A stretch of 64,000 bases of DNA from Candidatus Micrarchaeota archaeon (GCA_043812915.1 JBDRLQ010000016.1:1-64000), one strand, 5' to 3'; counted from the stretch's first letter, positions 28,821 to 37,375 are shown. The notes: generated by a model from the letters alone, not told the origin. Numbers and translations are program-made.

Positions 28821-28988
28821 AGTAAACGCCTTGGCTTACACTAAAGGCAAAGAAAATAAAAAAATAGAGGTTGAAATCCCCTGGTCAGAGGATTTCAGAG
28901 TGGGAGGATAACAAGATGAGGATGAGCCCCTATAGGATGAGCGGTTGAGAGGCGGGAGGTAAGCCCATCCTCAGCCTTGCCATCAATA

Positions 28989-29501
28989 TTACGTCGGAAA
29001 GAAGAAAACCTTCTTTCCCACCTGCTTTTTCTGGAGCAGGCCCAGTCCGACCAGCTTGTTCAGCCTTGCCGAAGCCGCGTTCTTTCCCTTGTACTTAAAG
29101 CGGGCCCGGACCTCTTCGGCCGTTACTTTGTCGGATTTTTTTGTGTACTTCATGATATCCTCGTCGATTTTCGGGAGCAGTATCTCTCTGACGTCCTCTT
29201 GTATCGCCGGAGCGCTTATCCCCTTGCTTTCAAGGGCGTCCAGTTTTTGGAGGATGTTCTTGAGAATCCTGTTCGTATTCTCCCTCTCTTCCAGGAGCCT
29301 GTAAACAAGCTCCCCGAGAACGACGGGGTCATTGAACTTTTGCATGTTCTGCTCAAGGTCGCTTTGCAGTTCCTTGCGGAATGCGCTCCCCCCAGCAGCT
29401 TTATTAACGTTATCTTCGTTATCCCTCACGGGAATCACCACCTTGTATGTTATTTGTGCATGCTTGGATTTTGGTTCAATACCATGTTCCCATTGCGCCA
29501 A
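28989..29501 (-). CDS. Coiled-coil plus C-terminal winged-HTH putative regulator (start uncertain)
   Basis: EERENTNRILKNILQKLDALE coiled coil; VTAEEVRARFKYKGKNAASARLNKLVGLGLLQKKQVGKKVFF wHTH pattern. Confidence 0.7.
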   Translation of the reverse strand: MAQWEHGIEPKSKHAQITYKVVIPVRDNEDNVNKAAGGSAFRKELQSDLEQNMQKFNDPVVLGELVYRLLEERENTNRILKNILQKLDALESKGISAPAIQEDVREILLPKIDEDIMKYTKKSDKVTAEEVRARFKYKGKNAASARLNKLVGLGLLQKKQVGKKVFFFPT

Positions 29502-29511
29502 AGTCGCGCAA

Positions 29512-29534
29512 CTATCATGATATAATCATGATAG
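29512..29534. promoter_or_regulatory. Inverted-repeat operator candidate
   Basis: CTATCATGAT-ATA-ATCATGATAG, perfect 10-bp arms, beside TTTTTAAA in a divergent promoter region. Confidence 0.6.
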
Positions 29535-29583
29535 GTTTTTAAAGCTATCATCGCCCAGCATTTTTTACGTCGGTGATTATATC

Positions 29584-30135
29584 ATGGATATCACAAAACA
29601 ACTCGCATTTTCTGTGCTGGGAGCCTTCAAAAAACGAAAACAACGCATCCTCCGCAAGCTCAATGACCGCATTTTAAGGGAGGCGACAATCAACTTCACC
29701 AAGCCGCTTTTCCGTCTGGCTGTGCTTTCCTATGTCCTAGCAAAAATCGTCCAGAAGCCGAGGTTCCTTGCCCCGGAATACGCGGAGCAGCTTCGGGGGA
29801 TAGAAAACGCCCTCCAAGGCGCCGCCACCACAATCGGGATGGTGGACGACTCGCAGCTTCTCAAGAATTTCAAGAAAGTGGAGGCTACGATAACCTCATT
29901 GGAAAAAAGGGACCGCAGGTATCTGATTAGCCTTATGCAGAAGGGCGAGCTGAAGACTGCCGCGACAATGTACGCGCAGGGAATATCCCTGGGAGTCGCT
30001 GCGGCCATGACGGGAATGGAGAAGCAGGAAATCATGGCATACGCTGGAGACACGATGATGTTCGAGCGGGTGAAGGAAGAGCTCAATATCCAGGACCGTG
30101 TTAAGATGGCAAGGAAGTTCCTGGGTGGTTCATGA
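29584..30135 (+). CDS. Hypothetical helical protein
   Basis: 183-aa ORF at the head of an overlapping operon. Confidence 0.7.
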   Translation: MDITKQLAFSVLGAFKKRKQRILRKLNDRILREATINFTKPLFRLAVLSYVLAKIVQKPRFLAPEYAEQLRGIENALQGAATTIGMVDDSQLLKNFKKVEATITSLEKRDRRYLISLMQKGELKTAATMYAQGISLGVAAAMTGMEKQEIMAYAGDTMMFERVKEELNIQDRVKMARKFLGGS

Positions 30136-30818
30136 TGAAGCAAAGGCATATTCTCTGTGACGCCGGGTCATTCATTTCTCTGACTTCCACGTGCATGGAC
30201 AATCTTATCTACTTCTTTGCAGAGAACCACAACGTCAGCTTCATAATCCCGCCTTCGGTGGAATATGAGGCGGTGACGCGCCCACTGGACCAGGGCTACA
30301 AGAAATACATGTTCTCGGCAATCAGGATAAAGGACCTCATCAACGATAAGGTCGTCGCGATAAGCGATGTGAAGGCCCCTGAAGAGGCGAAGGAACTGAT
30401 GAGACTTGCCAACAATCTCTTCTTTGTCGGGGGCAAGCCGATGCAGCTTATGCATCTTGGGGAAGCGGAGATGCTGGCGATAGCGAAACGGCTGGGAATC
30501 AGCCACATTCTCATAGACGAGAGGACCACACGCATGATAATCGAGGCTCCCTTCAGCATAAAGGAGCACTTCGAGAAGGAATTCCATACCAACGTCATGC
30601 TGAACAAGAAGAATCTAGCCGAATTGTCAAAAAGGCTCGAGGGACTCTATGCCCTGCGCAGCAGTGAACTTATCATCCTGGCATATGAGAATGGCTTTTT
30701 CAAGAGATTCCAGGATATGGAGAAAGAGGCGCTGAAGGCCGCTCTTTATAAGGTAAAATATTCGGGCTGCTCAATAAGGTTCAATGAGATAGACGACTAT
30801 TTCAAATGGAGGAAGTAG
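30132..30818 (+). CDS. PIN-like domain protein
   Basis: ILCDAGSFISL, IIPPSVEYE, HLGEAEMLAIA, ILIDERTTR. Confidence 0.75.
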   Translation: MMKQRHILCDAGSFISLTSTCMDNLIYFFAENHNVSFIIPPSVEYEAVTRPLDQGYKKYMFSAIRIKDLINDKVVAISDVKAPEEAKELMRLANNLFFVGGKPMQLMHLGEAEMLAIAKRLGISHILIDERTTRMIIEAPFSIKEHFEKEFHTNVMLNKKNLAELSKRLEGLYALRSSELIILAYENGFFKRFQDMEKEALKAALYKVKYSGCSIRFNEIDDYFKWRK

Positions 30819-31499
30819 ATGCAGCAGTTCCTGGATTCTGCGGATTCCGATAAGGTAAAGATAGCCGTGGACCACCGTGAGGACCCCATTTTTGATGATT
30901 TTTTCCGGGGGCATGGGGCAGATGTCGACCGAAGGACCCTCGAAGTCGGGGATTTCCTGTGCTCTGCGAGGGTAGTCATTGAAAGGAAGACCCGGGCTGA
31001 TTTCGAGCAGTCGATAATCGATGGCAGGCTTTTTACCCAGCTGCAGCATCTGACATCCAACTATCCATGCGTTGTCATACTTGTCGAGGGAACTGAGGAT
31101 AATGGCCGCCTCAACCGGAAGGCGCTGCTTGGCGCCTACTCGGCCGTGATGGCTGATTTCGGGGCTTCCCTGATTTTCACCGATGATGTGGAAAAGAGCG
31201 CCGAGATCATCTTCTCTGTTGCCAAGCACGAGCAGATTGCAAGGAAGCAGCCCATGCGGATATTCGCAAAGAGGAAGGCGCTGACAGCTGCCCAGTCCCA
31301 GAGGGCCATCGTGGAGACCCTTCCGATGGTGGGTCCGAAGCTGGCAAAGAAGCTCCTGGAGCATTTCGGCAGCATAGAGCGCATTTTCACTGCGGATGAG
31401 AATGAGCTCCTTGAAGTGGAGAAGGTTGGAAAGAAGAAGGCAAAGCTGATGCGGGCCATTATCTCCGGGGATTATCACCCGGATGAGGAACATATGTAG
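30819..31499 (+). CDS. ERCC4/XPF-type structure-specific endonuclease with HhH domain
   Basis: VDHRE, LEVGDF, VIERKTRADFEQSIIDGRLFTQ, LPMVGPKLAKKLLEHFGS. Confidence 0.92.
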   Translation: MQQFLDSADSDKVKIAVDHREDPIFDDFFRGHGADVDRRTLEVGDFLCSARVVIERKTRADFEQSIIDGRLFTQLQHLTSNYPCVVILVEGTEDNGRLNRKALLGAYSAVMADFGASLIFTDDVEKSAEIIFSVAKHEQIARKQPMRIFAKRKALTAAQSQRAIVETLPMVGPKLAKKLLEHFGSIERIFTADENELLEVEKVGKKKAKLMRAIISGDYHPDEEHM

Positions 31500-31510
31500 C
31501 TTTTAATTTT

Positions 31511-31843
31511 GTGAATGTTCCATTTTCCATTAGACTTATTGCGACTATTGTCTGCTGCCTTTTGCTTTTTGGATGCCTTGGAGATGGCCTCACTGACATT
31601 GCCGACCTCAATAAGAATCCGGATATATACCTGGGCGAGAAGGTGGTCCTCAAGGGGAACGTTACCAAATCCGTGAAGCTTGGGAAGATATCCGGCTTCA
31701 CGCTCGTGAATAAGGATGGTTCAATCCCGGTTTCCAGCCAGCTTCTTCCACCTGACTGGAGAGAGGTTATAATCAAGGGCACGCTGATGAAAGAGATGCT
31801 GGCCGGCTACTATGTTCTCGTCGATGAACTGGACATGACCTAA
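31511..31843 (+). CDS. Predicted lipoprotein with OB-fold-like domain
   Basis: LLFGC lipobox; IADLNKNPDIYLGEKVVLKGNV. Confidence 0.65.
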   Translation: MNVPFSIRLIATIVCCLLLFGCLGDGLTDIADLNKNPDIYLGEKVVLKGNVTKSVKLGKISGFTLVNKDGSIPVSSQLLPPDWREVIIKGTLMKEMLAGYYVLVDELDMT

Positions 31844-31860
31844 ACCCATTTATTCTTTAT

Positions 31861-32769
31861 TTGGTAATTCCCCCCATGCAGCTCCAGTGCGATGGATTGA
31901 CAATAGCCCTAGACAATTCCAAGGGCGATGTCACTTTTCTCTCCCATGCCCACTCAGACCATGCCTCAGGTCTCAAAAGGCAGAAAAAGATTATCTGCAG
32001 CGCGCCCACGCTTGACCTTGCCATGCTATCGGCAGAGCGCGTGAAGGTCAAGGGGGCTCGCATGCTGGACGCCGGACACATCTTCGGCTCAAGGCAGCTG
32101 GTTGTCGAGGAGGATGGGATGAAGAGCATTTACACCGGGGACATATCCACCAAGCCGAACGCTTTTGGGCATTCTGCAAAGATCGAGGAGTGCGACCGGC
32201 TGATTATCGAGGCCACTTATGGAAGCAGCCCTGAATATGATTTTCCCGAGCCCGGGGAGATTTACCGTGATATCGGGAAATGGGTGACTTCCAATGAGTC
32301 ATCGAATCTTTTGATTGGCGCGTATGACATGGGCAAGGCGCAGGAGCTTGTGAAGATACTTAACGAATACGCCGGAATCGCTCCTGTAGTCACTGAGAAA
32401 GCCGAGGGGTTCTGCAAAATCCATGAGGATCATGGGCTGAAACTGGACCGTGTGGCTGTCGGCAGCGATGAAGCTGAGGAAGTAATGTCAAAGCGCTTTG
32501 TCGCAATAGTCCCCATGCACCGGGCAAAGAGGTATTTCGCCAACCGTCTTGCTGACGCCTTCGGGCGCCACACTCTTGTTGCTGTCGCTACCGGCTGGGC
32601 TATGTCATATAGCTTCAACACTGATGCGTCTTTCCCGCTTACCGACCATGCCAGCTTCCATGATCTTCTCAAGTACATCGAGGAGAGCAACCCGAAGGAA
32701 ATCAAGTTCTTTGCCGGAGATGGCTCACGCCTGCTTGAGAGGCTTCGCTCCAAAGCTAACGCTTATTAA
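31861..32769 (+). CDS. Metallo-beta-lactamase/beta-CASP nuclease
   Basis: SHAHSDH, AGHIFGS, YTGD, IIEATYG, ATGW, LTDHA. Confidence 0.88.
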   Translation: MVIPPMQLQCDGLTIALDNSKGDVTFLSHAHSDHASGLKRQKKIICSAPTLDLAMLSAERVKVKGARMLDAGHIFGSRQLVVEEDGMKSIYTGDISTKPNAFGHSAKIEECDRLIIEATYGSSPEYDFPEPGEIYRDIGKWVTSNESSNLLIGAYDMGKAQELVKILNEYAGIAPVVTEKAEGFCKIHEDHGLKLDRVAVGSDEAEEVMSKRFVAIVPMHRAKRYFANRLADAFGRHTLVAVATGWAMSYSFNTDASFPLTDHASFHDLLKYIEESNPKEIKFFAGDGSRLLERLRSKANAY

Positions 32770-32799
32770 TTAAACGTGCAAACTAACGTCGGTGTTTTT

Positions 32800-33117
32800 A
32801 TGGTTGTTAAAAAAAGAAATCCATTATTTGTGGTTGCCGTGAGCTTCATCACAGCGTTTATCTATGGCCTTTACTGGTTCTACCAAACAAGGCGCGAGCT
32901 CAACGAGCTCACCAAAAAGGATTCGAATCCACTTCTTCACACCCTGGGGCTCTTTGTGCCATTTGTGAACCTGTACGTCCTCTGGAAATACTGCGAGGAT
33001 GTGGAGATTGCCTCCAAGAAGGCCAGAGACAAGGTAATCCTTTTCCTGGCATGGATTGTGTTCTTCCCGGTGGCGCAGTACCTTACCCAGGAGGAGCTCA
33101 ACAAGTTTGCGAAATAG
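32800..33117 (+). CDS. DUF4234-like small membrane protein
   Basis: KKRNP..V.VSFITAFIYGLYWFY...QEELN pattern. Confidence 0.75.
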   Translation: MVVKKRNPLFVVAVSFITAFIYGLYWFYQTRRELNELTKKDSNPLLHTLGLFVPFVNLYVLWKYCEDVEIASKKARDKVILFLAWIVFFPVAQYLTQEELNKFAK

Positions 33118-33202
33118 CCCTTTGTTTTCACTCCTCCCGGGCTTTTTGGGTCCGGGCGGACGATTTTTATACTTGACGGGCTATTTTCTAATCCATTCTC
33201 AT

Positions 33203-33308
33203 GGCCACGGTGGTGTAAAGGTAGCATGGGAGCCTGTGGTGACCTTTTGATTTAGTATTGATTGGTCATAGTAAGCTCTTTGACTGGGTTCGAGTCCCGG
33301 CCGTGGCC
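33203..33308 (+). tRNA. tRNA-His (GTG) with encoded G-1 and a 34-nt canonical intron (33240-33273)
   Basis: Acceptor GCCACGG/CCGTGGC; anticodon stem GGAGC/GCTCT; BHB with central helix CTGT/ATAG, bulges GGT and TAA, outer helix GACC/GGTC; T arm CTGGG-TTCGAGT-CCCGG. Confidence 0.93.
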
Positions 33309-33574
33309 CTCTTTGGTTTTTTATGGATAAGACTACCAATAATATTATTGTCTTTGAAGGATTAATTCTTGGGTACAACTTGTTGCACGTAGCATGCAAG
33401 TTCATTGCTTCTGTCCTATTTTGTTTGCACGAGTGGTTGCTTTCAGTTTGCTTGCGTGTGTTCTTGCCATGCACCTGAGAATTACAAAATATCTGTCTTT
33501 TTCATTACTCAACGGTGTATCTAAATCAGTTTATATACTTTTTGTTGTATAAAATGTTTGATGGAGGCAGGATA

Positions 33575-34771
33575 ATGGATGAATTAAAACATCAGAAGTT
33601 TGTTGCACATACTATACAACCCAGGATTAGACCAAACCTCAAACTAGCACAAAAAGCTCTGTCTTTATTATTGCCTTTGATTTCTTTAAATCTTACTTCA
33701 TGCACTACGGGACCAACAACAAGGTCCGAAGTCCCAACAATCGGAGGGAAAATTTCAGAGAATATTTCTGTTAAAAGACCCACAAAGAGCGCTTCATTGA
33801 CTGGACATTTGCATTTTCCAACTCCCGAAGGATACTCTCCGGATATTGAAATATTTGTGCTTGATTCAAAATTACAGTCTCTTGCAGACAGCCTAAGCGG
33901 AACTGATAATGATATGGTAAAACAGCTTTTCAGTAACCTGAGAACTTTTGATTTTATTTTCCCTAATATTAGTACTCTTATTCGAAAGAGGGGCGGTTAT
34001 TCTGTATTTGTTCGAAAAATGGACAAATTGCCACCACGTACAGCTATCCAAGGCTTTCATGAAGGTGGGGATTGCAGTGAACTTTCAAGAATAGCAGTCG
34101 CAATTCTGAAGCACAAAAGTATTCCTGGTGGAGTAAAAATATTTATGGATAAAACACCTGCTGAAAGACCAATGCCTTTGGGCCATATTGTTCCATATGT
34201 TATTCTTGGCGAAGAAGAGATACTTTTTGATCTTCAAGGAATTCAGCTAGGTAAAACACTTCCAGGACCTTATACTCTTATGGATTCTTACTCCTATGAA
34301 GAGTCTGCTTTTGAATATCATTATGAATGGGGGAGGTACTATTTTGATAGAGGGGATTGGGAGTATTCCATTGCAGCTTTTCTCCGTTCTATTGAAATTT
34401 GTGATAGACAACCTGAACTGAATTTTCTTACTCTTGGACATATGCTTAGCTATCATGGTGAATATGAAAGTTCTCTACGTTTTTTTGATCGTGTAACATT
34501 TGAAGACACGTCATGGGAGTTACCAATGAGAATATCAAAGATTAGGAATTTGGTCAGAAACCGTCCTCCAGAGAAACTTAATCAGGCTAAATTATCAGAT
34601 GTAGAGTATGCGGCACGCAGAGCTTTCGAACAAGGGAACTTTGATGAGTGTTCTAGAATATATTCTAGGATTCTCGGTCGCTTTCCCACAGAAAAACGTG
34701 GTCGTGATTGGTATGAGGCAAAAAGAGGTGCATGTGCTCTTAGGACAAAACATTCCAATAGTCTGGATTAA
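33575..34771 (+). CDS. Transglutaminase-like cysteine enzyme with TPR region, possible lipoprotein
   Basis: GGDCSELS...LGHIVPYV...LFD Cys-His-Asp pattern; TPR-like YEWGRYYFDRGDWEYSIAAFLRSIEI; LTSC; GGAGG RBS. Confidence 0.7.
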   Translation: MDELKHQKFVAHTIQPRIRPNLKLAQKALSLLLPLISLNLTSCTTGPTTRSEVPTIGGKISENISVKRPTKSASLTGHLHFPTPEGYSPDIEIFVLDSKLQSLADSLSGTDNDMVKQLFSNLRTFDFIFPNISTLIRKRGGYSVFVRKMDKLPPRTAIQGFHEGGDCSELSRIAVAILKHKSIPGGVKIFMDKTPAERPMPLGHIVPYVILGEEEILFDLQGIQLGKTLPGPYTLMDSYSYEESAFEYHYEWGRYYFDRGDWEYSIAAFLRSIEICDRQPELNFLTLGHMLSYHGEYESSLRFFDRVTFEDTSWELPMRISKIRNLVRNRPPEKLNQAKLSDVEYAARRAFEQGNFDECSRIYSRILGRFPTEKRGRDWYEAKRGACALRTKHSNSLD

Positions 34772-34951
34772 TATGAATTCAAAAAGAAAATTTTAAACCA
34801 AAACTAATAACCAATATCATTTCAGATGAAGAACTTAATCTTATGTAGATTATTAGATACAAATTTCATTAATACTTATTTTATAGCGGACAAAATAGTT
34901 CCAGATGCAATAGCTTTAAGCGCTGGAAACCCCCAACAAGTACTTATTAAA

Positions 34952-35031
34952 TTTCACATACAATTAGTTGTGCAATTGTGCTGGATGTTGTATAATTACT
35001 ACGAGAATCTGATTAGAATTCTGAAGTGCGG
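34952..35031 (+). repeat. Cassette-end module copy A (tRNA-derived core truncated to CGG)
   Basis: 12-mers GTTGTGCAATTG (34967) and GTTGTATAATTA (34987); ends AAGTGCGG as in copy C. Confidence 0.8.
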
Positions 35032-35083
35032 TTTTTAGTTAAGATTAAAAATTGAGATTTCAATAATACTTTAGGTGAAAATA

Positions 35084-35299
35084 ATGGAAATGGTAACAAT
35101 ACCCCAAGCAGAATACTATGAATTGCTTAGGTATAGGGAGATTATCAGCTCTTTAGAAGATATGATTCATGAGCCTGAATTCAAGAAAGAATTTGTGGAG
35201 AGAGTTATGGCTGCAGAAGAAAGAGTAAAAAAAGGCGAAAAAGTAAGAGTTAAATCTGTAGATGAGCTAGACAAGCAACTAGATAAGATGGAAGAGTGA
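35084..35299 (+). CDS. Putative antitoxin
   Basis: Small acidic ORF directly upstream of the RelE-like gene; GGTGA RBS. Confidence 0.7.
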   Translation: MEMVTIPQAEYYELLRYREIISSLEDMIHEPEFKKEFVERVMAAEERVKKGEKVRVKSVDELDKQLDKMEE

Positions 35300-35303
35300 T
35301 TGC

Positions 35304-35567
35304 TTGCCTTATGTTGCTGATTTTGATAAGTTTTTTCTGAAAAGATTGAAGAAACTAAAGAAAGATAATCCTGAACTTTTTCTAAGGTTGAGGAAGAAAA
35401 TTGCTGAGGTTCTTGAGAATCCACATCATTATAAACCAATGAAAAATGTTCTAAAGGGAAAGAGGAGAGCTCATGTTGGTAGTTTTGTGATTCTTTTTAC
35501 AGTTGATGAAAAGGAGAAGTCAGTTGTCTTCTTGGAATTTGACCATCATGACAAAGCATACAAATAA
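35304..35567 (+). CDS. RelE/ParE-family toxin
   Basis: FLKRLKKLKK...ENPHHYKPMKNVLKGKRRAHVGSFVILFTVDE...FDHHDKAYK. Confidence 0.88.
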   Translation: MPYVADFDKFFLKRLKKLKKDNPELFLRLRKKIAEVLENPHHYKPMKNVLKGKRRAHVGSFVILFTVDEKEKSVVFLEFDHHDKAYK

Positions 35568-35570
35568 TAA

Positions 35571-35663
35571 TTTCTCATACAAATAGTTGCATGATTATGC
35601 TGGATGTTGCATGATTACTATGAGAAGCTGATTGGGAGTAAGCGGTTCGGCCGTGGCCCTCTT
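35571..35663 (+). repeat. Cassette-end module copy B with full att core
   Basis: GTTGCATGATTA twice (35586, 35606), then CGGCCGTGGCCCTCTT at 35648. Confidence 0.9.
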
Positions 35664-35667
35664 TTAT

Positions 35668-35691
35668 TTTCGGTACAATATTGTACTGAAA
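35668..35691. promoter_or_regulatory. Near-perfect 24-bp palindrome upstream of the wHTH-Fic gene
   Basis: TTTCGGTACAATATTGTACTGAAA, one mismatched pair. Confidence 0.6.
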
Positions 35692-35758
35692 CTAAATAAA
35701 TATTAAGTTTTGATGGAATATAGTAACATTTATAAACTCTTTTTTCCTATAAATATGT

Positions 35759-36985
35759 ATGAAAACTAAATGGGATGTTCTCTTCAGTCTTTTCGAACTT
35801 AAAGAGGCCAGGCTTAGCCAACTCGCAGAGAAGGTTGATTCATCTCCATCCTCAGTTAGTCAGCAGCTCAAAGAACTGATGCGTGCTAAGCTTGTGGAGC
35901 AAGATGAGAACCTTTACAAGCCCAATAAAGAGACTTCCAAAACCTGGAATGTTTTCAAAATAATGAAATTCTGCAAAAACAAAGGCATCAGCCCAAATCT
36001 TTTCCTTTCAGAGGAGCTGTCAAGGATATTATCTGTCGGCCTATCGAAGGAAACTGTAAAACTCTCTGATTTCAAGAAGCTGAATTACAAAACCATCAGA
36101 AAATATCTTACCTATCTTAACAGGATTAATCTGGTATTCGTAATCGCTAAAAGGCCTTTAACTGTGAAGTTTATTCAAGATCCAGTTTTTGATGAGGTCC
36201 TTGATTTCTTCGGTGTCAAAAAGCCGCAGCTTACTACAAAATCTCCAAAATCCATGCCAAAATCTGATTATCAAGAAATCGGTGGGTTATTGAAGAAATT
36301 ATCAACACTCAAAAGAGATCTTGATCTATCAGAAATGGAAGAGGAATTCAGGATAGAATTCACTTCTGCCTCTACTCAATTGGAAGGGAACACATTTACT
36401 TTAGATGAATCTAAGGAGCTTATTTTACATGATGTTATTCCCGGTGATAAGAAGTTACGGGAGGCAAATGAGGTAAAAAATTATTATAACGCCGTTAACT
36501 ATTTCCTTTCTCATTTAGAAGATCCAATGTCTTTGGATCTGATTCTTGATTTGCATTGGATTATTGTTTATAATTTGGGTGTAAAAGAAGGTGTTCGTTC
36601 ATCCAGAGTCTCGATAAAAGGAAATCCGTTTTACAAAGTTGCTAACTTTCAGGAAATATTCCCTAAATTAGACGAGCTATGCAAGAAGATCAATGATTTT
36701 ATCTCAAAGAAACATTCAACAAAAGAAACCATTGAGTTTGCTACGTTTGTCCATAACGAATTTCAGCACATACATCCTTTCGAGGATGGAAACAGCAGAA
36801 TGACTCGGCTCATGTGGAACTATATTCTGATGAAAGGTGGATTTCCATTGATCAATATCTATTCGAATACAAGAGAAGAATATCTTTCTTTAACGAAGTT
36901 ATCACGACATAGAGATGATGTAAAACTGAATGCGTTCCTAGTGAGGATTATCAAGGATAATCTATACAAAAGACTTAGGGTATAA
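35759..36985 (+). CDS. Fic family protein with N-terminal winged-HTH
   Basis: HPFEDGNSRMTR Fic motif; STQLEGN inhibitory helix; N-terminal LSQLAEKVDSSPSSVSQQLKELMRAKLV HTH. Confidence 0.92.
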   Translation: MKTKWDVLFSLFELKEARLSQLAEKVDSSPSSVSQQLKELMRAKLVEQDENLYKPNKETSKTWNVFKIMKFCKNKGISPNLFLSEELSRILSVGLSKETVKLSDFKKLNYKTIRKYLTYLNRINLVFVIAKRPLTVKFIQDPVFDEVLDFFGVKKPQLTTKSPKSMPKSDYQEIGGLLKKLSTLKRDLDLSEMEEEFRIEFTSASTQLEGNTFTLDESKELILHDVIPGDKKLREANEVKNYYNAVNYFLSHLEDPMSLDLILDLHWIIVYNLGVKEGVRSSRVSIKGNPFYKVANFQEIFPKLDELCKKINDFISKKHSTKETIEFATFVHNEFQHIHPFEDGNSRMTRLMWNYILMKGGFPLINIYSNTREEYLSLTKLSRHRDDVKLNAFLVRIIKDNLYKRLRV

Positions 36986-37000
36986 AAGGACTTTCCATTA

Positions 37001-37089
37001 ATATGCAGAATATTGCATAATTATGCTGGATGTTGCATGATTGCTACGAGATTCTTATTAGATATCTAAAGTGCGGCCGTGGCCCTCTT
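37001..37089 (+). repeat. Cassette-end module copy C with full att core
   Basis: ATTGCATAATTA (37012), GTTGCATGATTG (37032), core at 37074. Confidence 0.9.
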
Positions 37090-37237
37090 CTTCTTTAAAG
37101 GTCTGTTCTGGGAACCACGTTTCCCGAAGTGACCTTCAATATCCTCCTGGCCTTTCTAAGATGTTAAAAAGAAGATTATATTTAGAATTAAAAAAAAAGA
37201 ATATAGCAAAATCCTTAGTAACTAATAATCAGGAACT

Positions 37238-37375
37238 TTAGAATCTGCTTTTTGGTTTGTAGCAATCCCTGCAATATACCGGTCTGCCTTCTTGCGGCTC
37301 GAAAGGTACTCTGCAAGCTTTACCACATTTTGCACAGGTCGCGTCATACATCGGCCTGTCTTCTCTGTCTCCCAT
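37238..37375 (-). CDS. CxxC-x17-CxxC zinc-ribbon protein (45 aa), not in ORF track
   Basis: MGDREDRPMYDATCAKCGKACRVPFEPQEGRPVYCRDCYKPKSRF*; AGGTGA RBS. Confidence 0.92.
   Translation of the reverse strand: MGDREDRPMYDATCAKCGKACRVPFEPQEGRPVYCRDCYKPKSRF

Larger units (their letters stand above)
33298..37089 (+). mobile_element. AT-rich tandem cassette array integrated at the tRNA-His 3' end, no integrase in window
   Basis: CGGCCGTGGCCCTCTT at 33298, 35648 and 37074; three copies of a conserved upstream module; abrupt AT enrichment. Confidence 0.85.

Noticed and set aside
33199..33474. 91-aa minus-strand ORF
   Set aside because: Overlaps tRNA-His and has no protein-like features
34826..35038. 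70-aa ORF covering module A (LCWMLYNYYE...)
   Set aside because: The same frame has stop codons just upstream in copies B and C, so conservation is better explained as DNA sites
34952..37089. CRISPR array interpretation of the repeats
   Set aside because: Only three diverged ~85-bp copies separated by gene-sized segments; no cas genes
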